A DNA stretch of 64,000 nucleotides from IMG/VR virus record IMGVR_UViG_3300011429_000010; one strand, written 5' to 3'. Shown one piece after another: positions 20,224 to 28,097 of this stretch. The stretch's first letter is position 1; every line of letters starts with the position of its first letter. This DNA is from an uncultured virus (IMG/VR IMGVR_UViG_3300011429_000010) (Duplodnaviria > Heunggongvirae > Uroviricota > Caudoviricetes). The notes under the pieces were generated by a model. The model saw nothing but the letters and a program-made list of their open reading frames with translations, did not search any database and was not told the DNA's origin. The position numbers were made by a program, and so were the translations under genes.

Positions 20224-21977
20224 GCTTCATTTCCGAACCCCTTGGCGATGATCACGACTGGTCTACCGCGCAGCCTGTCCAAATGGATGGCGCGGTTGGC
20301 GCGGTCGGCGCGGGTCCAACCGGTGGTGCGCCTCAACCCCAGCCCCAACCCCAGCCCCAGCTCGGTACCGGTACCATTACTCCTCCGCCTCTTTCTCCGG
20401 CCACCGCCACGGCGGCCAAATTTGACCTGTCAGATATTCCTGACGCCAAACAGGTTCATGCCGGCGGGTTTGATCTCTCCGACATTCCTGACGCGACGCC
20501 GCAGCGCGATCCGCGCGCGGTCTTCGGTGAACAGGTCGAAGACGCCGCTGCGGGGGCCGTGATTGGCGCGACCAGGACCGTCCAGACGCTGGCGAAGCCG
20601 ATTCGCAAGGCGTTTGGCATGCAGCCGGCGACGCCGCCGCCTGAGGCTCAAGGCGTGGCCGGCAAAATTGGCGAAGTCGCGGAGGGCATTGGCGAGTACA
20701 TGATCCCCTCCACGCTGGCCACCAAGGTCACCAAGTTATTACGTGTCGCGCCGAAGCTCCGCGCCGCCGGGCTGACCAAGCTGGTGGCTGAATTCGGTCG
20801 CGCCACCGTCGAGGCCGCGATGCAGGCCGCTGGTGGGGCGGCCACAGCGAAGATCCGCGGGGAGGACGTGGGCACGGCTGCCGCGATCTCCGGCGCGGCC
20901 CCGTTTATCGGCCCGGTCATGGAGGCGGCGGTACCCCGGTTGAAGGCGGGGGCTCGCGCCGCCACCGCCAAGGTGCTCGGCACCGGTGTCAGCCCTCGCG
21001 TGGCGCGTGCCGCCGAAACCCCCAAAATTTTGGATAGGGCAGCCGGCGACGCGCTGCACCAAGGGATCAACAACTCGTGGGCCGGCTGGGAACGCTCGAC
21101 GTTGGCTGCACGCGAGGCTCAGGGGGCCCGCCTTGGGGCGACCGTCCGCGGGCCCGAGGGGAAGGTGCCCCTGCCGACCGCGCGCGTCCACGCGGCGCTG
21201 GACGATGTGATCGACAAGGCGTCTCATATGGTCCCGCTGGACCAAGCTGGGGATGAGATGGTGGGGACCGCGCTGGAGCAAGCGTTGAAGGGACAGGGCC
21301 CCGCTCCAAGCGGTTGGATCCAAAAGCCCCTCAACCCACAGCTCATCCGTGCAGCTCGGGTGCTCAAGCGACAGCTCGGCGACTACATGACCGCGGAGGA
21401 TCTCCACGATCTCAAATCGCTGTGGGACAAGGCGGTGTACGGCGCGAAGGAATCGCAGGCCATGGCGCTGCCGCTGCGCGAGCGGCTGGCGGCGATCGAT
21501 GCCCAGGCCAAAAAGGTCGCGGCCGATGGGCTGCGCGAAGTGTTCCAGTCCGGCCAGACGCCCAACATCGCGGCGGCCGACGCGGCATTTGCGCGCGCCG
21601 CCAAGCTCCATCAGCTCGTGACGAAGGCCGCCATCGCTAGTCAGAAGGATGGGGAAATTCTCCCCAAGATTACCCAGCACGCGTTCAAGGCGACGGTGGG
21701 GGCGGCCGTGGGTGGGGCGGAAGGGTACCGGCGCGGTGGACTGCCGGGGTCGCTGCTGGGTGCGGCGATTGGCGCCACCGGCACCCACATGCTCGATATG
21801 GCCATGCGCTCGCCCGGCTGGAAACTCATGGGCGCGCGCGCCAAGGAAGCTCTCGCCGACGCGATCGTCAACGGGGACATGGACCGCGTCCGGCAGCTCC
21901 TGACGCCGGTCATCGCCAGTCAGATGGCGACTAGCCGAGGAACGCCAGCACCAGCGCCATCAACGCCCCCGCAATAA
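20220..21977 (+). CDS. DNA transfer / ejection protein
   Basis: 585 aa; FDLSDIPDA twice, PQ repeats, Gly/Ala-rich hydrophobic helices; ATGA coupling. Confidence 0.6.
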   Translation: MSFISEPLGDDHDWSTAQPVQMDGAVGAVGAGPTGGAPQPQPQPQPQLGTGTITPPPLSPATATAAKFDLSDIPDAKQVHAGGFDLSDIPDATPQRDPRAVFGEQVEDAAAGAVIGATRTVQTLAKPIRKAFGMQPATPPPEAQGVAGKIGEVAEGIGEYMIPSTLATKVTKLLRVAPKLRAAGLTKLVAEFGRATVEAAMQAAGGAATAKIRGEDVGTAAAISGAAPFIGPVMEAAVPRLKAGARAATAKVLGTGVSPRVARAAETPKILDRAAGDALHQGINNSWAGWERSTLAAREAQGARLGATVRGPEGKVPLPTARVHAALDDVIDKASHMVPLDQAGDEMVGTALEQALKGQGPAPSGWIQKPLNPQLIRAARVLKRQLGDYMTAEDLHDLKSLWDKAVYGAKESQAMALPLRERLAAIDAQAKKVAADGLREVFQSGQTPNIAAADAAFARAAKLHQLVTKAAIASQKDGEILPKITQHAFKATVGAAVGGAEGYRRGGLPGSLLGAAIGATGTHMLDMAMRSPGWKLMGARAKEALADAIVNGDMDRVRQLLTPVIASQMATSRGTPAPAPSTPPQ

Positions 21978-21981
21978 GGAC

Positions 21982-22431
21982 ATGGACGGGACGATGGAGA
22001 TCGACACACGCGAGGATGAGGCAACACACCAGAATGGCGAGCATCCACATGGGGCGCACGATAGCCTGCGCGGTGCGTGCTTGTCAACGTCCTTGTTGCG
22101 CACGCCTCCCTCGCCGGTGATTCTAGAGCAGACGCGTGAAATCCTCCACACGTTGTCGCCCCGCGGCGTCGAGGAGCGGTGGAAAGACCAGCAGGCGCGG
22201 CGCACGCAGATCGCCCTGACCCAGACCGAATTGAACACGGTCAAATATATTCACGCCCGGCTGCAGGGGGTGGAATTTCGAGTGGACGTCCTGCGCGACA
22301 CGGCGGCGAAGGCGGAGGCGCTGAAATATTTACTCCGCGCGCGCCGGGCGCTCGTGGACGCCCAGAAGGAATTGCAACAGACGATCGATCGGCTCATTGC
22401 GGAGAATGCGGTGTGTACCGCTGGACAATAG
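21982..22431 (+). CDS. Coiled-coil hypothetical protein
   Basis: 149 aa, RBS AAGGA. Confidence 0.5.
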   Translation: MDGTMEIDTREDEATHQNGEHPHGAHDSLRGACLSTSLLRTPPSPVILEQTREILHTLSPRGVEERWKDQQARRTQIALTQTELNTVKYIHARLQGVEFRVDVLRDTAAKAEALKYLLRARRALVDAQKELQQTIDRLIAENAVCTAGQ

Positions 22432-22448
22432 GCAATAGAAGGGATCCC

Positions 22449-23006
22449 ATGGTCATGAAATCACGTGCGTATGTTGGAGTGTTGGTACTCGGGTACATAC
22501 TGGGGCTGCCCACGCGTGCGGCGGCCCAGCTGCCGCCCAACAGTGTGGTGGTCAACCCGGCGACCGCCACGATGGAATTCAATTCGCCCGATCATAACAC
22601 CGTGGCGCCTCCGGGCGACGTCAGCGCCGGCCAGCCATTGATTACCGGGTATCAGCCGTTGCTGTTCCCCGTGGCGGCCGACGTCAATACCGGAACACCC
22701 ATCGCCAGCGGGACGGTGATCCCCAAGGCCAACGTGGTGATCGTCACGCCCGCGACCACGCCGCCGACCTATCGCACCAATTTCGTGCAGGCGGGGTTTG
22801 TGGTGGGGACGGGCACCAATCAAATCCCACCCTGTACGGTGGTGGCGCCAGCTGTCTGCCCGGTCTACACCATGTTAATGGTGGCGGTCGGGCCGAACAA
22901 CCGGACCTCTCCACGTGGGGTGCTGTCGGAGTCCAACCCTTTTCTGCTGGCGTCCCTGGTAGTGACTCAACCTGCGGCGCCGGGCAACGTCGTAGTCAAG
23001 CCGTAA
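22449..23006 (+). CDS. Exported fibronectin-III-like protein
   Basis: Signal peptide MVMKSRAYVGVLVLGYILGLPTRAAA-Q; YTMLMVAVGP...SESNPF FN3-like end; RBS AGAAGGGA. Confidence 0.65.
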   Translation: MVMKSRAYVGVLVLGYILGLPTRAAAQLPPNSVVVNPATATMEFNSPDHNTVAPPGDVSAGQPLITGYQPLLFPVAADVNTGTPIASGTVIPKANVVIVTPATTPPTYRTNFVQAGFVVGTGTNQIPPCTVVAPAVCPVYTMLMVAVGPNNRTSPRGVLSESNPFLLASLVVTQPAAPGNVVVKP

Positions 23007-23008
23007 TC

Positions 23009-23200
23009 GTGGACGACGTCACCGGGGTGCCGCTCGCCGGCTACGCGCCGTTTGTGGGCTGTGTCCCGACTGAGGCCACGCCGCCGACACGCCCACCGGG
23101 GACGTGCGGGGTGAATAACCTGGGGCGGGAAACCGTGTCCATTATTATGATTAGCGGCGTGCAGTGGCGCATCACGAATTGTCAGGAACGATTGCCATAG
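23009..23200 (+). CDS. Small Cys-containing ORF; possibly a -1 frameshift extension of the upstream gene
   Basis: No clear RBS; its frame is open back to the slippery site CCCTTTT at 22937. Confidence 0.4.
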   Translation: MDDVTGVPLAGYAPFVGCVPTEATPPTRPPGTCGVNNLGRETVSIIMISGVQWRITNCQERLP

Positions 23201-23212
23201 GATTCACACATT

Positions 23213-23785
23213 ATGCTGACCGCGTTAGATCCGACTCTGCTCGCTGCCGCCATCGTGACGGTCCTGGCCTCCATGGGTGGCATGGTCGTGATGATCATCA
23301 ACGCCCGGTCAGCCTCCCAGGATCGCCGGGAGGCGGCCATGGAGCGCCGGATCCTGATGGAGAAGACGAACGCGACCGCCGACAAGGCCGATCGGCTCAT
23401 TCAAAGCACCGCGGAAATCCACACCCTCACCAACAGTACCAACACCAATCTCCAAAAGGCGTTGGATCTGATGACCGAGAAGACCAAAGGGCTGGAACGG
23501 CTGATTATCGAAATGAACAAGTCCCGTGTGGCGGCCGATGTGGTACAGGCCGCCGCCGAACTTGAACGGGCGCGGATGACCATGCCTCCAGGGAATCACA
23601 TCACCAATCATGTGGGCGGAAGGGGAGAGGGGCTCGCGGATTCAACCGCCGCTACCGCCAAAACCCTCCACGAGATCGAAAAGAATACCGCCGATACGGC
23701 CGCGAGTACCTCAGAAGTCGTGCATCGGCTGGCGGAGGCGGTGCAGGCGATCGTCCCCGCAGATCCTACGGAGCGCAAACCCTAA
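23213..23785 (+). CDS. Single-TM coiled-coil protein (holin/spanin-like candidate)
   Basis: N-terminal hydrophobic helix then coiled coil; last gene of the late arm. Confidence 0.5.
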   Translation: MLTALDPTLLAAAIVTVLASMGGMVVMIINARSASQDRREAAMERRILMEKTNATADKADRLIQSTAEIHTLTNSTNTNLQKALDLMTEKTKGLERLIIEMNKSRVAADVVQAAAELERARMTMPPGNHITNHVGGRGEGLADSTAATAKTLHEIEKNTADTAASTSEVVHRLAEAVQAIVPADPTERKP

Positions 23786-24316
23786 TTACAGGAGTGGAGT
23801 CGTATTGATCACGCGGATCTCAATTGCCCGTTGGTCGTCCTGCGGTCGGCCGCTCCACGCGGTGAGAAATGAGCAGCGCATCCCTACACGCAGATCCACA
23901 AATGACACCGTGAACGAATCGAGGTTATTGCGGTACGCAAAGTACCACTGACCGTCATCGCCGTCGATGATGAAGGAATGGGGATCGATTCGGCTGATGA
24001 TGCCTTGCGGGCGGGCAGTCATTCGGTGATCGTCTTGGACGGATGGTCGCTGACGCTTGGACGGATGGTCGCTGACGCGATCAAACCCAAACCACCCCGC
24101 CGTTTGCGCCCCCAGATCAAACCGCGCGTCGGTGCGCCGCCGCGTGTCGGCCGCGTGCATGCCGTACACCATGGCCAGCTCAATCACCAGCCGGCGGATT
24201 GTGGTGCTGGTTGGGTTGGCCTCCAGCATAGTGGTCAGGACGTCGGCAATTTCTGATAAATGCCCACGGTTGACGAGTTCGTGAGGGGTGACGTCGTTGG
24301 CGGGATCAATAATCAT
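23786..24316 (-). CDS. Hypothetical protein fused to a cold-shock-like OB domain (CSD part 23786-24022)
   Basis: QGIISRI...FIIDGDDGQWYFAY...LRVGMRCSF...RAIEIRV; fusion depends on a 22-bp duplication. Confidence 0.6.
   Translation of the reverse strand: MIIDPANDVTPHELVNRGHLSEIADVLTTMLEANPTSTTIRRLVIELAMVYGMHAADTRRRTDARFDLGAQTAGWFGFDRVSDHPSKRQRPSVQDDHRMTARPQGIISRIDPHSFIIDGDDGQWYFAYRNNLDSFTVSFVDLRVGMRCSFLTAWSGRPQDDQRAIEIRVINTTPLL
24034..24077. repeat. Perfect 22-bp tandem duplication
   Basis: CTTGGACGGATGGTCGCTGACG twice. Confidence 0.95.
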
Positions 24317-24594
24317 GGCCAATAAACCTCGGTTTCCTCAATCACATTACATTCCTCAAAGGTCGGCGTGGGCACCAGGGCCATGGCTTCCTCCAGCCGC
24401 TGGCAATAGGCAGGCTGGTACACTTCCACCACCGCCCCGTCGCCATGGATAATGGTGAGTAATGGCGTGTCGCTGACCCCTGGACACAGTTCCTCGTGTT
24501 GTAATTGTTTGTCGATTTTGGCGCGGAGCGTGCGCGTACACACCCCGTTGCGCATGTTGCGGGCCTCGTCCAGCGACAGCCATAGGTAGACCAT
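24313..24594 (-). CDS. Hypothetical protein
   Basis: Overlapping start/stop coupling at both ends. Confidence 0.5.
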   Translation of the reverse strand: MVYLWLSLDEARNMRNGVCTRTLRAKIDKQLQHEELCPGVSDTPLLTIIHGDGAVVEVYQPAYCQRLEEAMALVPTPTFEECNVIEETEVYWP

Positions 24595-25292
24595 TAAATC
24601 CACGTGACTTCGGTTTCCATGACCACATCGTCCACAGGCGCCTCCAAACCCCAACTCGTCCAGCCGGCGCGGCGCTTGCGCGCAAACAGCTCGATATAGG
24701 GGCCGGGGCAGACCTTTTCGATCAATGAATATTGCGCCTGCGGCTTGGTCGAGTGATTGGACCGCGGTTCCAGGATGATCGTGTCTTCCTCGTTCAGGAT
24801 GAAATTAGGGTTGTTGCGCGGGGACTTCACGAGGCTGGCGGCCTTGCCACGGGTGGCGAGGATCAGCTGTTCAGTGACGTTGCGGGTGTAGCGACCCATG
24901 CCGATTTGGAGAATTAATTCCGCCTCCGGCCAATCGTGATCGTAATTGGGGGAATTCCGATCCACCGCGATCCGCCCCTTGACCCACGTGATCAATTGCT
25001 TCGGCTGGAAGCCCCACCGCGCGCACACTTCCGCACCAGAGCCATCCAAGATCATCGAATTGGTGACCCAGAGCCACAAAAAGGCATCATCGGCGACGGG
25101 ATGATTCGCCAACGTCCCACCGGTGCGCGTTATTCGGCCACCTTCCAAGTGGTGAACCGTGGGAATGTACAATTGACAAATATCCTCGACTGACATGGTG
25201 GCGTAATTCGCCGCACTCCCCCGCTTGGTCTCCGACATGACCAATTTGTCGCCGTACGACCAGGATGGATCCGCGAGCCATGTGGTGTACAT
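24594..25292 (-). CDS. MT-A70 family N6-adenine methyltransferase
   Basis: ADPSW, YATMSVEDI, LWLWVTN, WGF...ITWVK, GMGRYTRNVTE, HSTKP, IELFARK...GWTSWG. Confidence 0.9.
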   Translation of the reverse strand: MYTTWLADPSWSYGDKLVMSETKRGSAANYATMSVEDICQLYIPTVHHLEGGRITRTGGTLANHPVADDAFLWLWVTNSMILDGSGAEVCARWGFQPKQLITWVKGRIAVDRNSPNYDHDWPEAELILQIGMGRYTRNVTEQLILATRGKAASLVKSPRNNPNFILNEEDTIILEPRSNHSTKPQAQYSLIEKVCPGPYIELFARKRRAGWTSWGLEAPVDDVVMETEVTWI

Positions 25293-25723
25293 CACTGGTA
25301 CCCCATAGCCCCGTGGATGTACTCGATCCAACTCCGTCCAGTATTTGGGACCATTTGTACACAGCGATCGTCATAGCAAGTAATCATCCGCCAATCTTTG
25401 CTGGCGGTGATGGGCAGCGCACCCCCAAAGTGTTCGCGACAAAACTCGTCGATGCGATCGACCTGATCATTGATCCAATCATTCGCGTCGGAGGAATTAA
25501 TCAACCGCTTTGCCTCGTCTCGCCACGCCGGTTCGTCCTCGGATGCTTGGATACGTGCAGTAAAAATCCGTACTTCCTGCCCTTTGTCCAGTAGGCGTTT
25601 TACGAGCGCAATCCCTGCGGGGATCGATGGTCCCAGCCCCGGTAAATATTTAGCGTCCCATTCCACGAGGACGCCGTCGAGATCCACACCAATCCAACCT
25701 TTAGGAGCGCCTTGTCCGTTCAT
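25292..25723 (-). CDS. HAD-superfamily phosphatase
   Basis: WIGVDLDGVL (DxD), IFTAR, K, YDDR motifs. Confidence 0.85.
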   Translation of the reverse strand: MNGQGAPKGWIGVDLDGVLVEWDAKYLPGLGPSIPAGIALVKRLLDKGQEVRIFTARIQASEDEPAWRDEAKRLINSSDANDWINDQVDRIDEFCREHFGGALPITASKDWRMITCYDDRCVQMVPNTGRSWIEYIHGAMGYQ

Positions 25724-25877
25724 GAAATGCCTCTAACCATTGAAAGACGCGATCCTCCGCGACAGGTTGCCGCGAGTCGTACGTCCGGTTGTGAATCGAG
25801 ATCCAGCATTGCCCGTGCTCGTCGCGCCATAAGGTCTGCGCGCCGATGCGCCAGACGCGGTGGGCGAGGATGATCAT
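25701..25877 (-). CDS. Small hypothetical protein (58 aa)
   Basis: Read manually: MIILAHRVWRIGAQTLWRDEHG...; ATGA coupling. Confidence 0.4.
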   Translation of the reverse strand: MIILAHRVWRIGAQTLWRDEHGQCWISIHNRTYDSRQPVAEDRVFQWLEAFHERTRRS

Positions 25878-26095
25878 TTTTCAATCTCCCGCTCTAGTAC
25901 AATTTCAGGGCCCCACAGGGATCGGTGAACGTGTTGATCCAGCCATGTATTAAAATCGTGACCATATAATGTCACTCCAGCCTCATCACGATTTATGTAC
26001 CACCCTTGTGAGGGATAGTACTTGGCCAGCTGAAATGTAGCCAGACCTTCTGGGTCACACACGGTGCAACGTAGGTACATCCGATTATTCGCCAT
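25874..26095 (-). CDS. Small hypothetical protein
   Basis: MANNRMYLRCTVC...; TAATG coupling. Confidence 0.5.
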   Translation of the reverse strand: MANNRMYLRCTVCDPEGLATFQLAKYYPSQGWYINRDEAGVTLYGHDFNTWLDQHVHRSLWGPEIVLEREIEK

Positions 26096-27195
26096 TAGGC
26101 CACCCTCCGCTCCAGCGCGTCCCACTCATCCTGATCCGCCTCATCCCGCGGCATCGTCGGCGGATCGATAATCGGCGTGATATTCGGCACGATCGGTGGC
26201 GTGGGGATTTTGTGCATGTCGCGCTTGTCCCACGTGAGCCCGCCTTTGGCTTCCACCCCAATCCGTAAGGTAGGGCCGATCCCCCATTCCGGGGGCGCTG
26301 GCAGCTCTACATTCTCGTCCTGCATGACCCTGGCGACGATGGCCAGTACGCGATCGTACACGCGATTGGGGACGTGCAGAAACAGCGCATCATGAATAGG
26401 ATGCAGCAACGGCGTGCGCCCGAAATACGCATCGCCAATATAATCAGGGCTGTCTGGGTGGAATAACCTAAGCTCCGCCTTTTTCAACAGGTACGAACAG
26501 GTGGACTGTGGATAAAACGCAATCGCACGCTTCGAGTCACCGCCCCAGACGATCTTGAACCACCGGCCGTGCATGTTGACGATGCGGCCGGCGCGTTTGG
26601 GATCCTTGCTCCACTTCCGCGCGGTCACCTCATCCGTAGGCTGGTAGCTCAGGACGTCCCAGAACCAGTGCCGATACCCCCCAGGATGGTCCCAACAGCT
26701 CGGGGTGCCCGGCGGCAGCGTCAGGCCGCCTAGGTACCCTACCTCGCGGGCGCGCTTCCTGACGGCCAGCTGCCACGCCGGCAGGGCCGGGGCGACCTGG
26801 AACAGGAAGGATTGTAACTGTTCAGCTTCGGCGACGGAGCTGAAGTACTCAGGGAATTGCTGGACCATGCCGTAGGGGGTCAGCCCGAAATCGGTCCCAT
26901 GGTCGACCCGTTTGATAATGTCGTACTCAACCGGGTAGCCTTTTTTGATTTCTTTCAAATAGGCGGATAATTGATCATCGGGCCAGTTCAAATTACCAGG
27001 AGATTCGATTCGGTGATCCTGCGCGAGCTTGACTGATGTTACTTGCGCGTGAATGCCCAACCGACAAATGCGAATATATTGCTGTGCGCCAGCTGAATCG
27101 CCTAAATGGCGCCAGAACGCGTACCCTGTCAACACGGCTTCGATGCCGCTGAAATCGACTTCCAACAGGCGACAGGACACGTCAGCGGTAATCAT
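26095..27195 (-). CDS. Family A DNA polymerase, C-terminal catalytic subunit
   Basis: Motif A LLEVDFSGIE, motif B KRVDHGTDFG, AFYPQST, motif C PIHDAL. Confidence 0.9.
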   Translation of the reverse strand: MITADVSCRLLEVDFSGIEAVLTGYAFWRHLGDSAGAQQYIRICRLGIHAQVTSVKLAQDHRIESPGNLNWPDDQLSAYLKEIKKGYPVEYDIIKRVDHGTDFGLTPYGMVQQFPEYFSSVAEAEQLQSFLFQVAPALPAWQLAVRKRAREVGYLGGLTLPPGTPSCWDHPGGYRHWFWDVLSYQPTDEVTARKWSKDPKRAGRIVNMHGRWFKIVWGGDSKRAIAFYPQSTCSYLLKKAELRLFHPDSPDYIGDAYFGRTPLLHPIHDALFLHVPNRVYDRVLAIVARVMQDENVELPAPPEWGIGPTLRIGVEAKGGLTWDKRDMHKIPTPPIVPNITPIIDPPTMPRDEADQDEWDALERRVA

Positions 27196-27340
27196 GGCCG
27201 TCCCACACGTGTTCGCCTAAGTACCACACCGCCAGCTCAAACAGGCCCCAACCGCCGGATGGAATCCGCCACGTGAATCCAAGACCGTAATAGCCTCCGT
27301 CTGTGAAGCGTAGCGTATATTCCTGGCCGTTGATGATCAT
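27182..27340 (-). CDS. Small hypothetical protein between the polymerase halves
   Basis: 52 aa, ATGA coupling. Confidence 0.4.
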   Translation of the reverse strand: MIINGQEYTLRFTDGGYYGLGFTWRIPSGGWGLFELAVWYLGEHVWDGHDYR

Positions 27341-27609
27341 GCCAACGGCACCAATCCCACGTGTTCCTGCCCCTCGACCCACCGCAGTGCCTGGGCGATC
27401 GTCTCCTGCGCGACCACCGGCACCGACGTCGCCAGCGCCCCCCGCTGCGTCCCGATCCAGTAAACAGTCCGCGCAAACAAAATGGCGGTGATCGTCAGAG
27501 CCTCCGCGTTGTTCACGCCCAGCTCGGTAATATGGGCTTCCAACGCCTTGACGGTTTCATTAACGATCTCGGCACCATATTCCAGTGACTGTCGATCCGG
27601 TCTCGTCAT
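27337..27609 (-). CDS. Hypothetical protein between the polymerase halves
   Basis: 90 aa, RBS GGAG, ATGA coupling. Confidence 0.55.
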   Translation of the reverse strand: MTRPDRQSLEYGAEIVNETVKALEAHITELGVNNAEALTITAILFARTVYWIGTQRGALATSVPVVAQETIAQALRWVEGQEHVGLVPLA

Positions 27610-28097
27610 TGTACTCCCCAGCGCGCCGCCCACGCGGCCACGTCCTCGTTACTCGTGTCCGGCGGGATCCCGCCCCGCGCAGTGTTTCCACGTCGTATAG
27701 CATCGTAGCGTTTCTTACAATTTTTACACCGACCGCCACGTTGAAACAATCCATGTGGGTGATAATAGAATTCGGTGAAATGTTTTGGCTTACTACAAGC
27801 GCAACATAATTTGTCGGTATTTGGATTGCCCCCTGCCGCCTTAACGCGCATCCGTACATGCAGCAAACAATGGTACGCCATGTCTTGGCAAATGACCAAT
27901 GGCGCATCATCATCCCGCGAACCATCCGCATGGTGAACCAACGCGCCGAGTGGCAATGGCTTGCCTAGCGCACGTTCAGCACGTACACGATGTACCAAGA
28001 TACACATTTTGCTGCCGTTGCCTAGCCCACGTTTTCCGTACACATGATCAGCATGACCACGTGGACGGCCAGTAGGACGCCCTGTTACACGCCCCAT
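27606..28097 (-). CDS. Free-standing HNH homing endonuclease with C-terminal Zn finger
   Basis: VHRVRAERALGKPL...VHHADG...LVIC...HCLLH; CCAC...EFY...CKNC; AT-richer than flanks; start uncertain. Confidence 0.8.
   Translation of the reverse strand: MGRVTGRPTGRPRGHADHVYGKRGLGNGSKMCILVHRVRAERALGKPLPLGALVHHADGSRDDDAPLVICQDMAYHCLLHVRMRVKAAGGNPNTDKLCCACSKPKHFTEFYYHPHGLFQRGGRCKNCKKRYDAIRRGNTARGGIPPDTSNEDVAAWAARWGVQ

Noticed and set aside
17098..21977. Tape measure protein of a long-tailed phage
   Set aside because: Several medium-sized Ala/Gly-rich genes rather than one long one, and no tail tube, sheath or chaperone genes; fits podoviral ejection proteins
22179..22448. Longer start for the FN3-like ORF
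   Set aside because: Overlaps 21982-22431; ATG 22449 has an RBS and places the signal peptide at the N-terminus
23780..23792. Intrinsic terminator between the convergent arms
   Set aside because: The two stop codons abut (TAA/TTA) with no hairpin or U-tract visible
27196..28084. Group I intron or intein in the polymerase
   Set aside because: The interval is filled with coupled ORFs, both halves have their own stop and start, and I saw no intron core or intein terminal motifs; not formally excluded without a covariance search
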